The notes under the pieces are model-generated. The model was not told the DNA's origin. It searched no databases and saw only the letters and a program-made list of their open reading frames with translations. A DNA stretch of 64,000 nucleotides from Candidatus Palauibacter scopulicola (GTDB lineage Bacteria > Gemmatimonadota > Gemmatimonadetes > Palauibacterales > Palauibacteraceae), in the NCBI RefSeq assembly GCF_947581915.1, contig NZ_CANPWG010000054.1, forward strand, positions 15,672 through 79,671. The letters run 5' to 3'. This document shows, one piece after another, positions 1-7,077 of this stretch (position 1 is its first letter; each line of letters opens with the position of its first letter). The position numbers and the translations under genes were made by a program.

Positions 1-95
1 GCGGGAGATCCCAGGAAACCGATCCCGAGCGCCACCGCCGCGGCAACGGCGGCTCCCGAGACGCCCAGCACGAGGGCTCGCGTCGAGCGCTTCAT
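1..95 (-). CDS. 5' fragment of a secreted or membrane protein (runs off the window edge)
   Basis: The ATG at 95 (minus) overlaps the stop of the upstream gene as ATGA (92-95). The visible product MKRSTRALVLGVSGAAVAAAVALGIGFLGSP looks like a signal or TM segment. Only about 31 codons are visible. Confidence 0.35.
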   Translation of the reverse strand, partial: MKRSTRALVLGVSGAAVAAAVALGIGFLGSP

Positions 96-736
96 TCCGC
101 CGCCTCCTCCCTGCGCACGTCGCGGAGGAAGTACCCGAACAGCGAGCCGGTGATCGTCCCGACGGTGAGGACCTTCAGGGCGAACCGGACCGTGAGTTCG
201 CCGCCAAGAAGGTTGTAGACGATGCTCGTGACCACGCCGATGAGCGTGGCCGCGCCCACGAAGAGGGACAGGTACGTCAGCGATTGCCGAACGCGCGAGA
301 GCCGCCGGCCCGGGTCCTTCCGGACCGCGCGATCGTTCGTCCAGAAGACGAAGGCGAAGACGGGAAACGTCGCGACGAGGAAGGAGATCGACCACCGGAT
401 CTCTTCCCGCGCCATCTCGAGTGCGGCCGCGGGGGCCAGGGAAGGATCGGGAAACGCCTGGTGGATGAACGCGAACAGGAGGCTCCCGAAGCTGATCGCG
501 CTCCCGTACAGCGTGCCGAAGAGGACGAGGTAGACGAAGGCCTCGCGAGCGGACAGGTACGGGGCGGGACGCGGGACGGGAATCGGAAACGCGACGTCGG
601 CGAAACCGTCCAGGGCGCGTCGGACCTGGTCCCGCGGCCAGCCCGCCTCGAGAAGCACCCCCTTGAGTTGCTCGCGGGGCAGGCTTCGCTCCAGGCCCGC
701 CTTCAGGAATCCGGTAATCTCCTCGTTGCCGGCCAT
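92..736 (-). CDS. integral membrane protein, function unknown
   Basis: 214-aa ORF with a soluble N-terminal region of about 60 aa, followed by four hydrophobic helices (e.g. FVYLVLFGTLYGSAISFGSLLFAFI, ISFLVATFPVFAFVFW, LTYLSLFVGAATLIGVVTSIV). It is divergent from the TetR gene. Confidence 0.6.
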   Translation of the reverse strand: MAGNEEITGFLKAGLERSLPREQLKGVLLEAGWPRDQVRRALDGFADVAFPIPVPRPAPYLSAREAFVYLVLFGTLYGSAISFGSLLFAFIHQAFPDPSLAPAAALEMAREEIRWSISFLVATFPVFAFVFWTNDRAVRKDPGRRLSRVRQSLTYLSLFVGAATLIGVVTSIVYNLLGGELTVRFALKVLTVGTITGSLFGYFLRDVRREEAAE

Positions 737-772
737 CTTCCCTTCCCTCCTTCGAGTGGTCGATCCGAGCTT

Positions 773-814
773 GTTGACGCCGTCAACTTAGCGGGCCACG
801 TTGACGCTGTCAAC
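773..814. promoter_or_regulatory. pair of inverted-repeat operators, candidate TetR binding sites
   Basis: GTTGACGcCGTCAAC (773-787) is a perfect 7-1-7 palindrome. GTTGACGcTGTCAAC (800-814) matches 6 of 7. They are 27 bp apart centre to centre, inside the 113-bp divergent spacer between 92..736 and the TetR gene. Confidence 0.5.
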
Positions 815-849
815 ATTGCTGATCAACCCGAGACGGATACCTTGGCCGC

Positions 850-1458
850 ATGACCCGGGAAAGCACCGCGTATCACCACGGAGACCTGCGGGCGGCACTG
901 CTCGCCGAAGCCGCCGCGATGATCGACGAGGGGGGGACCTCGAGCGTGACGATGCGCGAGATCGGGCGGCGCCTGGGCGTATCGCGGTCCGCCGCCTATC
1001 GCCACTTCGAGGACAAGTCCGCGCTCCTGGTCGCGGTCGCCGCCGCCGGTTTCGACCGTCTCCGAGACCGCCTGGAGGCGGTGGGCGCCGGAGCCCCGGA
1101 CGCCGGGATCGAGCAGCTCCCGCAGGTCGGCCGGGTGTACGTGCGGTTCGCGCTCGAGAACCCGGGCCACTACCGCCTGATGTACGGCAAGGAAGCGATC
1201 ACCCGCGAGGACCACCCCGAACTCCGCGAGACCGCGAACGCCCTGTTCGACGAACTCGTCCGCATCGTCCAGTCATACCAGCAGAGCGGCACGATCAGGC
1301 GAGAGGACCCGCACCTCCAGGCCTACGTCGCATGGGGCGCCGTGCACGGCCTGGCTTCACTCCTGATCGAGGGCCAGATCCTCACCGCCGTGGACGTCGA
1401 CGCCCTGATCCGCCAAACCACCTCCACCCTCCTCGACGGAATGCGCGCCAACCGCTAG
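850..1458 (+). CDS. TetR/AcrR family transcriptional regulator
   Basis: The N-terminal HTH signature VTMREIGRRLGVSRSAAYRHFEDKSALL is typical of TetR. The size is 202 aa with a TAG stop. Confidence 0.9.
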   Translation: MTRESTAYHHGDLRAALLAEAAAMIDEGGTSSVTMREIGRRLGVSRSAAYRHFEDKSALLVAVAAAGFDRLRDRLEAVGAGAPDAGIEQLPQVGRVYVRFALENPGHYRLMYGKEAITREDHPELRETANALFDELVRIVQSYQQSGTIRREDPHLQAYVAWGAVHGLASLLIEGQILTAVDVDALIRQTTSTLLDGMRANR

Positions 1459-1567
1459 AGGCCGTACGCGAGGCATGTCGCACGCCCCCGAAATTGGGGG
1501 CTGCCAACGTCGCGAGCGAGACGAGTATGTCGCGTTCCTACGGGCCGTCGCGGCTGTCAGCGGGGGC

Positions 1568-1598
1568 GCGGATAACGCGGATAACAGGGGCGGATAAC
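1568..1598. repeat. three direct copies of GCGGATAAC upstream of the 1613 gene
   Basis: GCGGATAAC occurs at 1568-1576, 1577-1585 and 1590-1598. The last copy ends 14 nt before the ATG at 1613. Confidence 0.6.
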
Positions 1599-1612
1599 AA
1601 GGGAAGCAGAGC

Positions 1613-2164
1613 ATGAGAAAATACGGTGGACGAATCTGCGTGGGGCTGCTGGGCGCGGCGGTGGCTTACGCGGTCTTCGGGCCAGGCGATGCCTTCGTCG
1701 CGGTCGACGTAGCGGAAGGCGTAAGTCCGCTCCCCGCTGCATTCAGCCGACTGGGAGTCCTGTACGTCGTTGCGGTGTTCATCGAACGCGCGCTCGAGGT
1801 TCTCCTCAAGACATGGCGGCAGGGCGGGAAGCTTCGCCTCGAGGAAGAGGCGCGGTCAGCCGGAGAGGACGGCAGGGCCGCCGCCGAGGCGAAGCTCCGG
1901 CGATACAGTGTGGGGACCCAGCGGCGAGCACTTCTCTTCGGTTTGGTACTCGGAGTCATGGTGTCGCTCTCGGGCGTGCGGCTCCTTGGCTCGCTCTTCG
2001 AGTTTGGCGCCGGCACCCCGCCCTTCCAGCGAGATCTGTTCCAGTTCACCGACGTCATCGTGACGGCCGGACTGATCGCCGGCGGATCCGCCACCATCCA
2101 CAAAGCGATGGCACTCATCGAAGATCTGCTGAAAGCCAACCGAACACGCGCGAAGGACTCGTGA
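1613..2164 (+). CDS. hypothetical membrane protein
   Basis: 183-aa ORF with an ATG start preceded by AAGGGAAG. It has an N-terminal TM or signal segment, a charged central coil (EEEARSAGEDGRAAAEAKLRR) and two C-terminal hydrophobic helices. Confidence 0.55.
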   Translation: MRKYGGRICVGLLGAAVAYAVFGPGDAFVAVDVAEGVSPLPAAFSRLGVLYVVAVFIERALEVLLKTWRQGGKLRLEEEARSAGEDGRAAAEAKLRRYSVGTQRRALLFGLVLGVMVSLSGVRLLGSLFEFGAGTPPFQRDLFQFTDVIVTAGLIAGGSATIHKAMALIEDLLKANRTRAKDS

Positions 2165-2177
2165 CCCCAAGGCGCGA

Positions 2178-3128
2178 TCAGAACAGGCCGTTCGCCTTCA
2201 GGTAGTCCAGGGTCGCCGCCGCGCTCGCCTCGGGCTGCTCCAATTGGAGGAGGTGCGTGCCTCCGGGCAGATAGGCGTAGTCCACGGTCGGGATGTGATG
2301 GAGTTCGGTGGTCGGGAAATAGGTGTGCGGGATGGCGGGGTCGGCCCCCATGACCATCGTCGGACAGGCGAGGGCCCCGAAGTCGATCAACGCCGCGTAC
2401 TGTCCGCCGTACCTGTAGATCTGGGCCTCGTATTCGCGGGGACAACGGAGGATGTAGCCGTCTCCGTCCGGGGACCGGCGCAGCGTCGTCCGGGCCATGA
2501 GGCGGCGGACGCCGGGGACCACATGCTGGAAGGCGAGCATCTCACGAAGTACTTTCGCGAACTCCGCGCGAGTCGGATACCGCTCCGCGCGCGCAAGCGT
2601 CATCTTGGCCGCCCGCCTCGCCACCTCGACACACTCCTCCCTGGCCGGCCCGAACTCGCCCAGCGGCGGATCGAACAGCACGCGGGCCGTGAACTCCCCC
2701 CCTCGCGTCGGGGACAGCAGCGAGACCAGCCCGGAGAGTGAATGGAATACGCCGGCCTGCGGCTTCTTCCCGAATCCCTGCTCGATGGCATCCTGGATGC
2801 GCAGGTGGTCATCGATGAGTGTGGGCACGTGGTGGGTGCGCAGCGGCCCGGGAGCGTTCCAGCCGTGGTTCCTGAGATCGTAGACCACGAGATCGCAGGC
2901 GTCGGCGAACTGCGACCAGAACGGGTAGTAGAGGTCGATCGCGAGGCTGTTGCCGTGGCTGAGAACTATGCGCGGGCCGGAGGGATTCCCGTGGCGCCGG
3001 AGCGCGATCACGGCGCCGTCGCCCAGGCGCGCGTCGTGCACGGCCAGGGGCTCGGGCACCTGCCAGACCCGCGTGCGTTCCGGGCCACTCACGGCGGAGC
3101 CGGGCGCGGGCTGACGGTCGGGGCTCAT
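2178..3128 (-). CDS. alpha/beta hydrolase fold protein
   Basis: I take the internal ATG at 3128 (MSPDRQ...) as the start. The sequence shows an HG oxyanion motif (VLSHGNS), a nucleophile-elbow-like FHSLSG and a C-terminal GGTHL. Its start overlaps the upstream ATPase stop as ATGA (3125-3128). Confidence 0.8.
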   Translation of the reverse strand: MSPDRQPAPGSAVSGPERTRVWQVPEPLAVHDARLGDGAVIALRRHGNPSGPRIVLSHGNSLAIDLYYPFWSQFADACDLVVYDLRNHGWNAPGPLRTHHVPTLIDDHLRIQDAIEQGFGKKPQAGVFHSLSGLVSLLSPTRGGEFTARVLFDPPLGEFGPAREECVEVARRAAKMTLARAERYPTRAEFAKVLREMLAFQHVVPGVRRLMARTTLRRSPDGDGYILRCPREYEAQIYRYGGQYAALIDFGALACPTMVMGADPAIPHTYFPTTELHHIPTVDYAYLPGGTHLLQLEQPEASAAATLDYLKANGLF

Positions 3129-4351
3129 CGCCACAGGGCTCCGATCGGCGCCGCGAAGAGTCCGTCGCCGAACGACGTGGTGTGATCTCCGTCGTAGAGG
3201 AGCACGCCCATCCGGAACCGCTTGCCCGCGATGCGCCGGAGGCGCTTCAAGCCGATGAAGTCCCGGGGGCGCAGCGATGCCGCCGCCTTGACCTCGACCC
3301 CGTAGCAGTCGCCCGCGGCGTCTTCGATCACCAGGTCGACCTCGACCTTGTCCTTGTCGCGATAGTGATGGAAGGTCAGGGGCTCCTCCGTCCACAGCGC
3401 CTGTTTCCGCAGCTCGCTGTAGACGAACGACTCAAGGAGCGTCCCGAACTCTGCCGGATTGCGGAGCAGCCTGCGGCGGTCGATCCCTCGAAGGGCGCAC
3501 ATCATTCCGGTGTCGACGGCGTGCATTTTGGGCGTCCTGACCAACCGCCTGGACTCGCCGGCGTGCCAGGGAGGAAGGCGCTCGACGAGGAAGAGCTGTT
3601 CCAGGAGGGCAAGGTACTTGCCGGCCGTGATCCGGCTGAGCCCCAGTTTGCCGCCAAGCTCCGCGAGGTTGACCAGTTGACCGGAGTGAACGGCCGTCAG
3701 GCGGAGCAGCCGGGACATGGCTTCGACATGCCCGATCCGCGACAGGTCGTTCAGGTCGCGTTGAATCAGGGTCTTCAGATATTGCTGATGCCAGGCGCGC
3801 CGTCTCTTCTCGCTCTCCCGCAGAAGCGGTTCGGGAAAGCAGCCGGTCACGATCCGCCGGGCCAGCCGATCTCTGATCCGCACCTCTTCGGCCGCCGGGG
3901 CGTCGCCGCGCAGCAGCCCGTCGAGAAAGGTGGGCTCGCGACCGTTGATTTCGCACTCGGAAAGCGTTGCGAGGCGCACGGCCTCCATCCTCCCCACGAG
4001 CGCGTCGGAGACCCTGGGAAACAGCAGGGCGTTCGCGGAACCGGTCAGAAGAAAGCGGCCCGGGGTTCGGTCTTCGTCGACCGCCTGCTTGATGGCGAGA
4101 AGGGTATCCGGAACCCGCTGCACCTCGTCGAGCGCGATTCTCTTCGGAGGGAGATTGCGGATGAACCCCACCGGATCCGCCCTCGCCACCTCGGCCTGGG
4201 CCATGTCGTCGAAGGTGATGTACTCCCAGCCGGGATCGATCAGGCGCCTGACCAGGGTGGTCTTGCCGACCTGGCGGGCGCCCATGATGAAGACCACGGG
4301 CGTGTCGGCCAGCGCCTCCCGTACGAGGCGAGCGATGTAGCGCGGAAACAT
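3125..4351 (-). CDS. AAA+ ATPase with a DUF4143-type C-terminal domain (COG1373-like)
   Basis: Start taken at MFPRYIARL (ATG 4351). It has Walker A GARQVGKTTL and Walker B IALDEVQ. The C-terminal KVEVDLVIED...GVEVK pattern is typical of the AAA_14/DUF4143 architecture. Confidence 0.85.
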   Translation of the reverse strand: MFPRYIARLVREALADTPVVFIMGARQVGKTTLVRRLIDPGWEYITFDDMAQAEVARADPVGFIRNLPPKRIALDEVQRVPDTLLAIKQAVDEDRTPGRFLLTGSANALLFPRVSDALVGRMEAVRLATLSECEINGREPTFLDGLLRGDAPAAEEVRIRDRLARRIVTGCFPEPLLRESEKRRRAWHQQYLKTLIQRDLNDLSRIGHVEAMSRLLRLTAVHSGQLVNLAELGGKLGLSRITAGKYLALLEQLFLVERLPPWHAGESRRLVRTPKMHAVDTGMMCALRGIDRRRLLRNPAEFGTLLESFVYSELRKQALWTEEPLTFHHYRDKDKVEVDLVIEDAAGDCYGVEVKAAASLRPRDFIGLKRLRRIAGKRFRMGVLLYDGDHTTSFGDGLFAAPIGALWR

Positions 4352-4634
4352 GGCGATGGGCGCCTCTCGCAGGGTCCCGCGGCCGCTGTCTCGGTGCAGC
4401 GGCCGATTGGCCATCCTATCGGCGTCTGATCGACATGTAAAGCGCGTCTGATCGTCAACTGTCTTGCCGTCCAATCGTTATTTTCGCCCCTCGGCTCCGG
4501 CGGATGGCGGGGATTCGTCGCAATCGGGGGTCGGGATGCGTTGTACATGAGTCCCCGGCGCGCCGCGCGCGGCGGGGTCGACGGACGCGATTGCGTGTTC
4601 CGGCCGGTTCAGGCAAGCAAGGAGGAGTGTAGCG

Positions 4635-5276
4635 ATGAGGACCCGTTCTGCCCTGCTGGGTCTCCTGACGTTGGTCGTGGAGGGGTGCGTGAGCATTCCG
4701 AGCGAGGCGCCGGAGCTGTCGCAGACGCTCGGTCAACGCATCAAGGCTCTGGAGAACGCCAACGTCACGCTCCTGGAGCGGTACTTCGACCTCAAGCGTC
4801 GTGAGATCGACCGCTTTCTCGCCGAGGAATGGGTGCCGCGGTTCGCCCGGAACATCTTCGCCAACCCGCAGGTGGCGGCGGAGTGGCGTCGCATCGTCGA
4901 GGACGGGAGCGACGCGGACCGGCTCCGGTTTCTGGTCGATGCGGGCCCCGCTCTTCAGACGCAGATCAACGAGAAGCGTCTCGAGCTCGTGGCGCCGCTC
5001 GACGCGCTGGAGCGTCAGATCGGCCGGAGCATCAAGCGGGCGTATGACGAGGCGGCGGCGATCAACAACACGCTCACCAGCTTCCTCTGGTCCGCGGCGG
5101 AGGTCGCCGAGAACCGCGACCGCTTTCTCGACGCGGCCGGCGTGACGGAGGACCGGGTGTCCGGCGTGATCGATGGGGTCGACACCGCCGTGTCGCGCCT
5201 GGTGTCGGGCGCCGGCGAGGCCACCGAGTACCTGGAACAGCTCGAAGAGATCAAGACGACGATTGCGGGCAGCTGA
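4635..5276 (+). CDS. lipoprotein, function unknown (helical)
   Basis: A strong SD (AAGGAGGAG) precedes the ATG. The signal peptide has a lipobox-like LVVEGC. The rest of the protein is helical and charged. Confidence 0.7.
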   Translation: MRTRSALLGLLTLVVEGCVSIPSEAPELSQTLGQRIKALENANVTLLERYFDLKRREIDRFLAEEWVPRFARNIFANPQVAAEWRRIVEDGSDADRLRFLVDAGPALQTQINEKRLELVAPLDALERQIGRSIKRAYDEAAAINNTLTSFLWSAAEVAENRDRFLDAAGVTEDRVSGVIDGVDTAVSRLVSGAGEATEYLEQLEEIKTTIAGS

Positions 5277-5313
5277 CCAACGGGAGCTGACCAACCCGAG
5301 CTGACCAACGCGA
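5272..5313. repeat. 14-bp tandem repeat x3 (GCTGACCAAC+N4)
   Basis: The three units are GCTGACCAACGGGA, GCTGACCAACCCGA and GCTGACCAACGCGA. The first unit contains the TGA stop of the 4635..5276 gene. The array ends 14 nt before the next ATG. Confidence 0.8.
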
Positions 5314-5327
5314 GAGGAGAACGCCCC

Positions 5328-5591
5328 ATGGGCCTGGACTGGAGCAAAATCGCCGCAGAGGCGGCGCAGGAGACCGACCGTCAGTTGGCCGGCGATATCT
5401 CGTCGCTCACCACGATGACCGACCGCGAGATCGAGGAGCTGTTCCCGACCCACGACGACAAGCAGCGGCTGGCGGAGCTGATGGAGATCGTGAACGGGGC
5501 AGGCTCGCGGAACCGGAAGATCAACCGGATCGTCGACAACATCGAGGACCTGGCCGGCACCGTCCTCACGATCGCCGGAAAGCTGAGCTAG
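5328..5591 (+). CDS. hypothetical small protein
   Basis: 87-aa ORF with an SD-like GAGAGGAG upstream. GC3 is coding-like. I recognise no domain. Confidence 0.5.
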   Translation: MGLDWSKIAAEAAQETDRQLAGDISSLTTMTDREIEELFPTHDDKQRLAELMEIVNGAGSRNRKINRIVDNIEDLAGTVLTIAGKLS

Positions 5592-5878
5592 AAGCCGGAG
5601 CGGGTGAGCGTGACATCCTGTGTCAGGGCTTGGTTGGGCCGCTGGGTCGCCGACCCCATGAGCGTCCCGGCGGTCTCGAACTCTCCGGTGGGACTCGTGC
5701 GAAGGAAGTAGGAGCCGACCAGCGTCCCGTCGTTGTCGGTCAGCCGGATCCTGAACCCCCAGGCCCCCAACGGTCCCGCGTAGGTGCCGGTGATGTTGTC
5801 CCGCGGCGGGAGCGGCTCGGGCGGAGCCGGCTCCAGCGGCTCGGACGACTCGCTGCACCCCGCCAGCAAGAGCACCAC
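5588..5878 (-). CDS. small putative lipoprotein (start problematic)
   Basis: The lipobox LLAGC is followed by a Pro-rich linker and a beta-rich body. Only 7 residues precede the Cys when counting from the GTG at 5878. See the finding on the same-frame TAG junction. Confidence 0.45.
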   Translation of the reverse strand: MVLLLAGCSESSEPLEPAPPEPLPPRDNITGTYAGPLGAWGFRIRLTDNDGTLVGSYFLRTSPTGEFETAGTLMGSATQRPNQALTQDVTLTRSGF

Positions 5879-5884
5879 GGCGGC

Positions 5885-6760
5885 CTACAGGTGCTTCGGG
5901 CGCAGAGGCTGGGCTGCGGCCGCCATGACGGCGCTGGCGACACGCGAACGGTGACAGTCCCCAGAATCGCGTTCGTAACAGGTGATCGCCACGCGGTCTC
6001 CGGCGTCGATCCACCCCGCGATTCTGGCCACGGCGTCCTGGCATCGAGGCAGGGTCGTGGCTTCGTATTGGGCGAAGAGGCGCTCGTACGCCGCGCGATC
6101 CGTGAGGTCTGAGCGCGCTCCGGAATCGACGCCGAGCTCCCGGAATGGCTCATACCGGATGCCGAACTCGTCGCAGCCTTGCTGGAGAAGTCGCTTTGAG
6201 AATCCCCACTTGCGACTGATCGGGTTCCGGCGCACGTCGCAGAGGCGCGTGATTCCAGCCCGGAGAAGTTCGTTGAAGTAGGCTTCGTAGCTCCGCCCCT
6301 CGTAACCGATCGTCGCGAGGAGACCGCCCCTTGGCCTGCCGTTGCTGCGGGCAGCTTCATCACGACCGCGGGTAGCCGGCGGTCGGCGTTTCCCGCCAGC
6401 TACAGGATCGCGGCCTCCGCTCCGGCCGCTGGCTGCGAAGACGGAGACGTCGCCGTTCTTGAGATTGCCCGCGAGCCGATGGCCTTCCGGCGTGAGATGC
6501 CACGCACCGGAGACAAGGAAGCCACGGGCGGCGAGCTTGTCCCGGTCGGCCATGGCGGTGAAGGAACGCGGCCCGCCCTCGTCGGCGATGAAGTCATAGG
6601 GCGGCTCGATGCCGCGCTCCCGACACCGGCGGCCGTAGTCGAAGAGGAGCCACTGGACGTCGCGCTCACCCAGCTTCCCGCCGACGGCGCTCAGGAGAGC
6701 GAGAAGGACGCGCTGTCGACGGAATAGCCGGGGCATTGTCATACCGACGTCCTCACCCAT
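5885..6760 (-). CDS. DUF488 domain protein with an extra N-terminal domain
   Basis: The C-terminal half (LATIGYEGRSYEAYFNELLRAGITRLCDVRRNPISRKWGFSK...ITCYERDSGDCHRSRV) matches the DUF488 pattern. An uncharacterised N-terminal domain of about 110 aa is joined to it by an Arg/Gly-rich linker. Alternative starts are at 6742 and 6736. Confidence 0.8.
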   Translation of the reverse strand: MGEDVGMTMPRLFRRQRVLLALLSAVGGKLGERDVQWLLFDYGRRCRERGIEPPYDFIADEGGPRSFTAMADRDKLAARGFLVSGAWHLTPEGHRLAGNLKNGDVSVFAASGRSGGRDPVAGGKRRPPATRGRDEAARSNGRPRGGLLATIGYEGRSYEAYFNELLRAGITRLCDVRRNPISRKWGFSKRLLQQGCDEFGIRYEPFRELGVDSGARSDLTDRAAYERLFAQYEATTLPRCQDAVARIAGWIDAGDRVAITCYERDSGDCHRSRVASAVMAAAAQPLRPKHL

Positions 6761-6920
6761 GCGACAGCTGCCGTTTCACTTCGAGGTACTCGCGGACGGC
6801 ATCCGCGATGTTCGCCAGGGCTTCCTCCTCGGTCGCCCCCTGGGACGCACAACCCGGAAGGCCGGGAACCCAGACAGAGAATCCCTCTTCGGACTCTTGC
6901 AGCGCCGCCAGGTACTTCAT
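6753..6920 (-). CDS. HicB-like (UPF0150) antitoxin-fold protein, 55 aa (below the ORF-track size cutoff)
   Basis: My own translation is MKYLAALQESEEGFSVWVPGLPGCASQGATEEEALANIADAVREYLEVKRQLSHG. The VPGLPGC...EEAL..I..A core is the HicB/UPF0150 signature. A strong SD (GGAGGTGGAG) lies directly upstream. Its stop overlaps the DUF488 ATG (ATGGGTGA). Confidence 0.75.
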   Translation of the reverse strand: MKYLAALQESEEGFSVWVPGLPGCASQGATEEEALANIADAVREYLEVKRQLSHG

Positions 6921-7077
6921 CTCCACCTCCAGGTTTCATCTGATCGGGCTGGTCAGTAACGCACAGAGGGCCCGTTTCGTGACCAAGCCTCTGCCCGTTC
7001 ACGTCGGAGAGGTTCGCAGGCACAGCATCCGCCCAAGCGAAACGTTGACACGGCATTTGGGTGGTAACCTAAGATTC

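Noticed and set aside
1587-1600. GGGGCGGATAACAA resembles a lac operator half-site (GCGGATAACAA).
   Set aside because: Only a half-site is present, there is no dyad partner, and no LacI-family gene is nearby. I treat the resemblance as coincidental and report the triple direct repeat instead.
6921-7077. Looked for a hicA toxin gene upstream of the HicB-like ORF.
   Set aside because: I translated all three minus-strand frames by hand. None resembles HicA (no GSH...H/dsRBD-like pattern), and two of the three frames are interrupted by stops.
6736-7077. Upstream extension of the HEPN-like ORF to 6736 (324 aa in the ORF track).
   Set aside because: The extension runs antisense across the well-supported HicB-like ORF and has no coding-like features. 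The start is placed at 7078 or 7258 instead.
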